From Candidatus Ozemobacteraceae bacterium (lineage in GTDB: Bacteria > Muiribacteriota > Ozemobacteria > Ozemobacterales > Ozemobacteraceae), in NCBI GenBank assembly GCA_965140445.1, contig OZ223236.1:5056001-5120000 (forward strand): 64,000 bases of DNA. Direction: 5' to 3'. Positions 57,294 to 64,000 of the stretch are shown piece after piece (positions within the stretch are counted from its first letter, which is position 1; each line of letters starts with the position of its first letter). The translations under genes were made by a program, and so were the position numbers. The notes below the pieces were generated by a model. The model did not search any database. It saw only the letters and a list, made by a program, of their open reading frames with translations, and was not told where the DNA came from.

Positions 57294-57692
57294 TTGATTA
57301 CAAGAGAATCGGATTACGCAATTAGAGCCATTTTACATCTCGCACAAAATTACGGCAAAAAACCCGTATCCACCACTGAATTATGCGAGGCCACAGAAGT
57401 TCCCTACAGATTTCTGCGCAAAATCTCCAGGAAACTTATTGACGCAAAAATAGTAGGCTCTCAAAGAGGAAAATTTGGAGGGCTCTATCTTTCCAAAAAA
57501 CCAGAATCTATTTCTATCTTCGATATTCTTGAAATTTTTGATCCCAAATCAATAGTTTTTAACTCATGCTGCTTACCAGACCCAAAATGTTCGAGAAAAG
57601 AAAATTGCCCCGTTCATAGCAAATTCCAGCTAGTTCAAGATGAATTGAATTCCAAGCTAAAGGAATTTAAGTTTTCTGACTTGGCAAAATAG
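57294..57692 (+). CDS. Rrf2-family transcriptional regulator
   Basis: DYAIRAILHLA, SQRGKFGGLYL, C-terminal CC..C..C cluster. Confidence 0.9.
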   Translation: MITRESDYAIRAILHLAQNYGKKPVSTTELCEATEVPYRFLRKISRKLIDAKIVGSQRGKFGGLYLSKKPESISIFDILEIFDPKSIVFNSCCLPDPKCSRKENCPVHSKFQLVQDELNSKLKEFKFSDLAK

Positions 57693-57695
57693 CTT

Positions 57696-59150
57696 CTACC
57701 TCAGTTTCTTATACAACTCTTTCTTAATACCATGCGCTGCAAGTTTTTCATGTAAAGCTCTGGGTGTAATTCCAGCCTTATCAGCAGCAACGCCAATTTT
57801 GCCAGCAGATTCTTTTATCAGATTTGTAAAATAATGAGATTCAAAACGATTCAGAAAAATTGCCCGGCTCTGCTTCCAATCAAGATTTAACAATTTAGAA
57901 TCAAAAACTTCCCCAATTGCCCCCACCTCATCATTAACAGATTTTCTTACAAATTCTTCAACCAATGGCTTTCTGAATGAAGACCCCGTAAGTTCATCCG
58001 GCAGGTCTTTAAGCGAAATAGACTCACCTTCTCCAAGCAATATTGCACGTTCAATAACATTAATAAGCTCTCTGATATTACCAGGCCAGTTATACGCAAT
58101 TAAAGCGTCCTGAGCATCATTGTCGATCCCGGAAATTCTACTCCCGATGTTTTTTGCTAAATGCTTGATATAGCCCTCGACCAAATCAGGAATATCTTCT
58201 GCTCTATCTCTTAAGGGAGGAATCATAAGAGAAACGACACCCAGGCGATAATAAAGGTCGCGGCGAAAACCACCCGTTTCCACAATGGCTTTTAAATCCT
58301 TATTAGTAGCTGCCATAACTCTTACATCTACTTTAATCTGCTTCTCGCCACCAACCTTCTGAAACTGCTTATCCTGTAATACTCTCAAAAGTTTAGCTTG
58401 AAGATGCAATGGCATATCACCAATCTCATCTAGAAAAATGGTTCCATTGTGAGCCAATTCAAACGCCCCACGTCTCGTTCTAACAGCTCCAGTAAACGCA
58501 CCCTGAACATGACCGAACAATTCACTTTCAAGAAGATTTTCTGGTAAAGCTGCGCAGTTTATGGGAATGAATGGTCCTCGCCCACGTGGACTTTCCTTAT
58601 GCATAGCCAACGCCAAATGCTCTTTTCCAACGCCGGTTTCCCCTAAAATAAGAACTGAGGCATTGCTCCCGACAATTCTCTTTGCAGTTTTTAAAAAAGC
58701 TTCCATTTCTGAATTTTTGGAGACAAAATCTTTTAATCTTGGTTCTTCAACTCCCGGTGGAATTTGAGAAATGAAGTTCTGAACAGCTCGTCGCCTAGTC
58801 AAAATTGCATCAATAGCGTCTTTTATAATAGAGACTTCAGAGCCATAAGGTAAAACAGACAAGGCGCTTGAGAAACTTGTTTCACTATTAAAAATGCTAC
58901 CCTTTTTATCTGATAAAACTAAAATTCCCGGGGAATCGGGAAGCTCTGAAATCTCTTTCAGAAGCTTTGCTTTAAAATGGCCAAGAAATGATTCCGAAAT
59001 AAAAACAAGATCGCAAGGTTCAGCTTTAAGCTGCTCCATAAAGCTGGTTTCATTTAGACTAAAAGCCAACAAATCTTTACTTTTCAGCCAAAACAAAACC
59101 TCCTCATGGAGAGACTTTGGGGAAAGTTGTAATCCAACTCTTATTAGCAT
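57696..59150 (-). CDS. Sigma54-dependent enhancer-binding protein (NtrC-like, atypical receiver)
   Basis: GETGVGKE, INCAAL, ESELFGH..GAFTGA, FLDEIGD, FRRDLYYRL, WPGNIREL, C-terminal HTH. Confidence 0.93.
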   Translation of the reverse strand: MLIRVGLQLSPKSLHEEVLFWLKSKDLLAFSLNETSFMEQLKAEPCDLVFISESFLGHFKAKLLKEISELPDSPGILVLSDKKGSIFNSETSFSSALSVLPYGSEVSIIKDAIDAILTRRRAVQNFISQIPPGVEEPRLKDFVSKNSEMEAFLKTAKRIVGSNASVLILGETGVGKEHLALAMHKESPRGRGPFIPINCAALPENLLESELFGHVQGAFTGAVRTRRGAFELAHNGTIFLDEIGDMPLHLQAKLLRVLQDKQFQKVGGEKQIKVDVRVMAATNKDLKAIVETGGFRRDLYYRLGVVSLMIPPLRDRAEDIPDLVEGYIKHLAKNIGSRISGIDNDAQDALIAYNWPGNIRELINVIERAILLGEGESISLKDLPDELTGSSFRKPLVEEFVRKSVNDEVGAIGEVFDSKLLNLDWKQSRAIFLNRFESHYFTNLIKESAGKIGVAADKAGITPRALHEKLAAHGIKKELYKKLR

Positions 59151-59305
59151 TATTACTTCCGAATAATTCCATTTTTTGAAGCTAATGTTCCGATTTTTTC
59201 AGAAGCTCAACTTCTTAATTTTAGCAGTTTGCAATTTTAAGCGCAAATACTCTTCCAAAGCAAGCAATTAGTGCAGGTTATAAAATAATTCTTTTTTTTT
59301 TATTT

Positions 59306-59322
59306 CTGGCATGGTTACTGCT
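59306..59322 (+). promoter_or_regulatory. Sigma54 (-24/-12) promoter
   Basis: CTGGCAT-GGTTA-CTGCT; GG-N10-GC; divergent from the activator gene. Confidence 0.7.
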
Positions 59323-59375
59323 ATGCATGATTATCGTGCAGATTTTCTGCCAAAGATATTTAGGAGTTACGTGAA

Positions 59376-59537
59376 ATGACGAAAGTGAATCCCAAAAACA
59401 ACGACAAAAAAACCAGTACAAAAAGGAGAAGAGAATTCGACGACAATGATCAGCCGCCAAGAAAGATAAAAATGAAAAGCAATAAACGGACTGAACGGGT
59501 TTACTTTGACGATAGTAGCGAAGACGAAGACTACTAA
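59376..59537 (+). CDS. Small highly charged protein (53 aa), not in the ORF track
   Basis: AGGAG RBS; MTKVNPKNNDKKTSTKRRREFDDNDQPPRKIKMKSNKRTERVYFDDSSEDEDY. Confidence 0.6.
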   Translation: MTKVNPKNNDKKTSTKRRREFDDNDQPPRKIKMKSNKRTERVYFDDSSEDEDY

Positions 59538-59576
59538 ATCTATACTTTTTTAAATGTTAGAAGGAAAACACAACCA

Positions 59577-60008
59577 ATGAAAAACGCTTTTATTACTTTT
59601 GCAGTTCTTATGTCTATCATCTTTCTTCCACTCAACGTTATGGCAGAAGGCGCCGACAGCCTGGTGGGAATGCTTACAGTTACCACAGACGAAGCTGGAA
59701 CAATTACAGGTGCAACTCTTAGCGCTGAAACATACGATGAAAGCGACAATGTTAATACCGTTACCTATCAGGTAGTGATGGACGAAACTGGAAAAGCTAT
59801 GGCAGAAGCCATGGGCGGTTCTGAAGTAAAAGTTACTGGTACCATTAGCTCTTCAGATGAAAAACAGACTATCACAGTTGCTTCATACGAAAGCGCACAA
59901 ACAGAAGAAGCTCCTCCAGAATCTGGAATTGAAGAGCCAGTAATGGACGATCCAGATGGAAACATAGATATGGGTAGTGATGATTCTTCAGATGAACCAA
60001 TTGACTAG
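59577..60008 (+). CDS. Secreted acidic hypothetical protein
   Basis: Signal peptide (VMA|E); small beta domain (EVKVTGTI..TITVASYE); D/E-rich tail. Confidence 0.8.
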   Translation: MKNAFITFAVLMSIIFLPLNVMAEGADSLVGMLTVTTDEAGTITGATLSAETYDESDNVNTVTYQVVMDETGKAMAEAMGGSEVKVTGTISSSDEKQTITVASYESAQTEEAPPESGIEEPVMDDPDGNIDMGSDDSSDEPID

Positions 60009-60076
60009 TTAAAAAAACCAGGGTTAAGGACTTTATAAAAATATAGTTTTATACATACCTGGTTATAAAGAAGATT

Positions 60077-60109
60077 GGGCGGCCAAATTAATCAATGGCC
60101 GCCCTTTTT
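60077..60109 (+). terminator. Intrinsic terminator
   Basis: GGGCGGCCA...TGGCCGCCC followed by TTTTT. Confidence 0.7.
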
Positions 60110-60199
60110 CATTAACAATTAAGCCGAACATACAAAGTTGATTTAGGTTCTCTCAACTCAGTTATAACCACACAATATGGCTGAAAACGATTTAACAAG

Positions 60200-63100
60200 C
60201 TACTCCGCCCTCAAATCTGCAATTACAGAGTAAAAGCAAGGAATAACAAATAGAACCAACAAGGTTGAGGCGGTTAAGCCAAAAACAATACTAACGGCCA
60301 ATGGAATAACAATCTGTGCCTGCATGCTTTTTTCCATCAAAATAGGCAACAACCCGGCTATGGTCGTTAGCGAAGTAAGCATTAAAGCTCTAAACCGATC
60401 CACTCCGGCACTAACAGCAGCCTCAATAGGCTTTTCACCAGACTTTTCTCTCATTTTTATAAACTCCATCATCAAAATAGAGTCATTTACAACAATTCCT
60501 GAAAGAGAGATAAATCCTATAATTCCCGGCATAGAGAGCTCTAATCCCATTGCGATATACCCCCAAACAACGCCTATTATTGCCAGAGGAATAGCTGCCA
60601 TCACGGCCATTGCTTCCAGATACCCATTAAACTGCAGGGTCAGAAGAATAAAAATTCCAACAAGCCCAATAAAAAAGGATCTGGACATCGATGAACCGGT
60701 CTTTCTTGTTCTCTGCTCTGATCCACCATAAGAAATAGAAATTCCTGGGAACTTTTTCTTCAGTGAAGGGAAAAACTCTTGCTGAAGATCTTTAATAACT
60801 TCACTACTATTAGTTTTTGTTGAAACAGCGTCTGCGGTTATTGAAATAGTTCTAATCCTGTTAATTCTTCTTATTGAAGCAAGCCCACGAACCATATCTG
60901 TTTCAACAACAGCATTTAGCGGGACACTTTTCCTGGCGGGAAGGGTCAAGCGAAAATTATCAAATCTTTTGAAATTCTCAGCCGGATCCTGCTCTAACTT
61001 TACGTTATACTCAAAGTTTTCTTTTCCAATCTGAACCTCATCGGCTTTTTGGCCAAAAAATGCAGCTCTAACCTGACGAGAAATGATTTCGGCATTTAAC
61101 CCAAGCTTCATAGCACCAGGCTTTAATTTCATTCTGAATTCAGGCTTACCAGCTCTCATATCGTCAGAAATATCGAATACTCCCGAGTATCCGCTAAGTT
61201 TTTTCCTCAATTCGATTGAAGCAGCCTTCAGATCATCAAGCTTTTTGCCTCCAAGCCTAATTTCAATTGGATTACCTGATGGTCCCATCGTAAAGTCCTG
61301 AAATTTTATTATGTCGATCCCAGGAATTTCGCCGGTGAAACTACGCCAGTCAGCAAGAATATCATCAATTCGCCCTTTTCTTTCTGCTCCCGGCAAAAGG
61401 TCTACAACAACAGAAAACAAATGAGCACCAGTTTCGTTGACATCAGCATTTTTGGAATACTGAATAGAAACGTTTTGAACCAGATCTTTGCCCTTCTTTT
61501 GTATTTTTTTGAACTTCTCATTTACTTTTGTCACTGCACCAACAATTCGATTAGCCGCTGACTCTGCGGTCTCCAAAGGAGTGCCCTGTGGCATAAGCAC
61601 CTTACAGGTAATTGTGTCGCCATCAACTTCAGGAAAAGCTATGTATTTAAGATAACCAGCGGGAACCATAGAAATTGAAAAAATAAACAGACCAGCCACA
61701 AATCCTAAAAAAGCATATCTATGTGGCAATATTCTTCTAATGGCATTAGCAACCAACACCTTTCTGATGTAATCAATTACAGCATCAACCTTAATTCTTA
61801 CCCAGCCAGGCTTGGGCAAACCTTTTTTGAATGAATGAGCCAGGTGGTTGGGCATAATTAAAAATGCTTCCACAAGACTTACACAGAGAATTATTAAGAG
61901 AGTGACCGGGATAACACTCAATATCTTACCCATCCTGCCATCAAGAAACATTAAAGGGCCAAACACACAAGCCGTGGTTCCAAAGGAAGCCATAACTCCT
62001 GCACTTACTTCTTTTACACCAGAGACTGCAGCTTCAACAGCACCCTTTCCCTGGGCCAGGTGAACAGCAATATTTTCGGACAGAACAATCGCGTCATCCA
62101 TCAACAAGCCAATAGCTATCAACAACGCAATCATTGAAATCATATTGATTGTTACTCCAAACAAATGGAGAAAAAACATGCCACCAATAAAAGAAATTGG
62201 AAGCCCCATTGCGACCCAGAAAGAGAGATGAAAGTTCAGGAAAAGCCAGAGAGTTAAAAAAACAAGCACCATTCCCTGAATTCCATTTTCTATGAGCATT
62301 GTTAGCCTGTCTTCAACCACCGAAACGACGTTTCTGGTGATATGGAATTCTATTCCATTGGGGGCAATCAAGCGCTCCTGCTCCAGAACCTTCATTACAC
62401 CCGCAAAAATTTTCAGGCTATCATAAGATTTGCCTTTAACAATGTTTATAATTCCGGCCCTCTTACCATTAAAAAGAACCTTATTTTCTTTCACTTCAAA
62501 GTTCTCGGAAATTTTCGCAATGTTTCCCAGTGCAATTTCAGCTCCAGTTTTACCTGCAACTATTTTCATTTTCTCAAGACTTCTTATATCTCGCCTTCTT
62601 TCACTAAATCGAAGAACGATATCCTGATCTTTTGTCTCAAGAATTCCTGCGGACAAATCAGTGTTCTGCTGGCGAATTACATTTGCAATGTCAGCAACGC
62701 TTAATCCGTATGCTTCAAGCTTATTCTGTGGAATTTCGATCCGAAATTCGTGCTGTGAAAAGCCTTCAACACTTACTTGAGCTCCTTTTACAGACATTTC
62801 GATTTTTTCTTTAAAACTCTGACAATAAGCTTTCAAATGCTCAGGACTTGCATCCCCAATCACTGCAATAGAAACCACAGAATCAGTTCTATTAGCGGGC
62901 TTTATGGTAATTCTCTCAATATCGGTTGGGAAAGAATCTATTCCATCAATCTCGGTTTTTATGTCATTGTAAAATTCCTGAAAATCATTTCCATCAACCA
63001 TATCCACCGAAATTCTGGCACTGCCCTCAAGAGCTATTGAAGTAATTTCATCAACTCCATTTATTCCATCAAGAGCTTCTTCAATTGGCACACAAACAGC

Positions 63101-63277
63101 CTCTTCAACCTCTTCGGCTGTAGATCCAGGGTAGGCTACAGAAACGCTCACCCTTTCAACAGTAAAATCAGGAAATGTTTCTCTTCTAATCTTGGATGAT
63201 GTAAAAATGCCAAGAATGAGCAAGAGAACCATCAACATATTTGCAGCAGTTTTATGTTCAACAAACCACTGAATCAT
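60200..63277 (-). CDS. RND efflux permease (AcrB/AcrD/AcrF family)
   Basis: AANMLM, YPGSTAEEVEE, GLLMDDAIVLSENI, GIVVNDSILM, RFRALMLTSLTT; 1025 aa. Confidence 0.93.
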   Translation of the reverse strand: MIQWFVEHKTAANMLMVLLLILGIFTSSKIRRETFPDFTVERVSVSVAYPGSTAEEVEEAVCVPIEEALDGINGVDEITSIALEGSARISVDMVDGNDFQEFYNDIKTEIDGIDSFPTDIERITIKPANRTDSVVSIAVIGDASPEHLKAYCQSFKEKIEMSVKGAQVSVEGFSQHEFRIEIPQNKLEAYGLSVADIANVIRQQNTDLSAGILETKDQDIVLRFSERRRDIRSLEKMKIVAGKTGAEIALGNIAKISENFEVKENKVLFNGKRAGIINIVKGKSYDSLKIFAGVMKVLEQERLIAPNGIEFHITRNVVSVVEDRLTMLIENGIQGMVLVFLTLWLFLNFHLSFWVAMGLPISFIGGMFFLHLFGVTINMISMIALLIAIGLLMDDAIVLSENIAVHLAQGKGAVEAAVSGVKEVSAGVMASFGTTACVFGPLMFLDGRMGKILSVIPVTLLIILCVSLVEAFLIMPNHLAHSFKKGLPKPGWVRIKVDAVIDYIRKVLVANAIRRILPHRYAFLGFVAGLFIFSISMVPAGYLKYIAFPEVDGDTITCKVLMPQGTPLETAESAANRIVGAVTKVNEKFKKIQKKGKDLVQNVSIQYSKNADVNETGAHLFSVVVDLLPGAERKGRIDDILADWRSFTGEIPGIDIIKFQDFTMGPSGNPIEIRLGGKKLDDLKAASIELRKKLSGYSGVFDISDDMRAGKPEFRMKLKPGAMKLGLNAEIISRQVRAAFFGQKADEVQIGKENFEYNVKLEQDPAENFKRFDNFRLTLPARKSVPLNAVVETDMVRGLASIRRINRIRTISITADAVSTKTNSSEVIKDLQQEFFPSLKKKFPGISISYGGSEQRTRKTGSSMSRSFFIGLVGIFILLTLQFNGYLEAMAVMAAIPLAIIGVVWGYIAMGLELSMPGIIGFISLSGIVVNDSILMMEFIKMREKSGEKPIEAAVSAGVDRFRALMLTSLTTIAGLLPILMEKSMQAQIVIPLAVSIVFGLTASTLLVLFVIPCFYSVIADLRAE

Positions 63278-64000
63278 TTGGAGTCACCATTTAAACTGGA
63301 GTTTTTAGCTGCAGAAGCTTCCTCTGTCGAATTTGTTTTAGCCCCAGGGATTCCATGCGCATCAGACAAATTGTTATAAATACATGAAAAACCAATTTCC
63401 GACTCCACCATTTCCCAGAAGCCTTCGTTTGCGAAAGCAGACAGCTTCATTCCCTTTATTGCTGGAACCACATCAGTGGTTACAATTCTGTCATTTTCAC
63501 TTAAACCGTCCCTGACAACGGCCAATTCTCGTTGAAAGAAGTTAACATCAACATCAGCAAAACCAAGACGATCATCAGAATCTATCGTGTAAACTCTACC
63601 GCCATGAATACTAGAGCGAGGAATAACCAGCTGATCTTTTCGGGGGTTTCCATATAAGATAACAGAACAAAACATCCCTTTAATAAGTGGAATTTTATCC
63701 GATTTCATGGCAATTTTGTATGTATCTTCAACTGAAACCACAACCCCAACAGTCCTTGTATCCAGATCGATTTCAGAGTCTATTCTGTCAACCACTGCCG
63801 GCCATCTGTATTCTTTACTTCCTGCATTAAAAACAACCATTGCTTTTAAACGATCCGACGGAGGCATATTATCCTTATGATTGAGATTTCCTGGATTTAT
63901 CAAAACTCTGAATTGCCCAGCATCAAACTGGGCTTCAATTTCAGAACGTCCAGTCCAGTCGGCATAAAATAAAATATCTCCAACTCTCACAAACTGAGAG
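63274..64000 (-). CDS. RND efflux membrane fusion protein (5'-truncated by the window edge)
   Basis: RIDSEIDLDTRTVGVVV, LIKGMFCSV, VIPRSSI, VRDGLSENDRIV; ATGA overlap with the permease. Confidence 0.85.
   Translation of the reverse strand, partial: SQFVRVGDILFYADWTGRSEIEAQFDAGQFRVLINPGNLNHKDNMPPSDRLKAMVVFNAGSKEYRWPAVVDRIDSEIDLDTRTVGVVVSVEDTYKIAMKSDKIPLIKGMFCSVILYGNPRKDQLVIPRSSIHGGRVYTIDSDDRLGFADVDVNFFQRELAVVRDGLSENDRIVTTDVVPAIKGMKLSAFANEGFWEMVESEIGFSCIYNNLSDAHGIPGAKTNSTEEASAAKNSSLNGDSK

Noticed and set aside
60016..60064. Loose long hairpin AACCAGG...TATAAAA/TTTTATA...CCTGGTT
   Set aside because: AT-rich and interrupted; may be 3' UTR structure, insufficient evidence for an RNA element
1400..63040. 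Numerous 60-135 aa ORFs in the track that overlap long genes (e.g. 1952-2158, 4222-4554, 43371-43754, 60324-60731)
   Set aside because: Antisense or off-frame shadows of well-supported genes, with no RBS or recognisable motifs
1..64000. CRISPR arrays, tRNA/rRNA genes, transposases, integrases, prophage or defence genes
   Set aside because: No regularly spaced repeats, cloverleaf or rRNA signatures, or relevant protein motifs seen; intergenic gaps are all under about 470 nt

Overview
Gene-dense, AT-rich bacterial chromosomal window with no rRNA, tRNA, CRISPR array, integrase or transposase that I can recognise. The HEAT-repeat, pseudopilin and clostripain content is reminiscent of Candidatus Riflebacteria-like anaerobes, but this is an unverified impression. 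Content in order: a TetR-ybhGFSR-type ABC exporter operon; prfC; a small Cys-rich ORF facing a candidate ~135-nt structured sRNA; an nqrBCDEF operon lacking nqrA and followed by an orphan gene; a secreted endonuclease I; a HEAT protein, ECF sigma, anti-sigma and three pseudopilin genes, convergent with an operon of two lipoproteins (one papain-fold) and a beta-propeller protein; a clostripain; an ATP-grasp plus esterase pair; dapL; a DUF4178-DUF350-speE-speD cluster; hflKC; two hybrid kinases; a Na/Pi symporter; YbjQ x2 plus M48 peptidase; a queuosine-salvage hydrolase; perR/rubrerythrin; a SpoIIE-type phosphatase; cmoAB; Rrf2; a sigma54 activator with a divergent -24/-12 promoter driving a small unannotated ORF; and an RND pump. 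The best candidate for an undescribed system is the 16.6-26.5 kb region. There the same ECF-type promoter motif (TGTWAY-N16-CGTA) precedes the HEAT gene, the ECF sigma/pseudopilin operon and the lipoprotein/putative cell-wall hydrolase operon. All functional calls come from motif recognition by eye; no database search was run.
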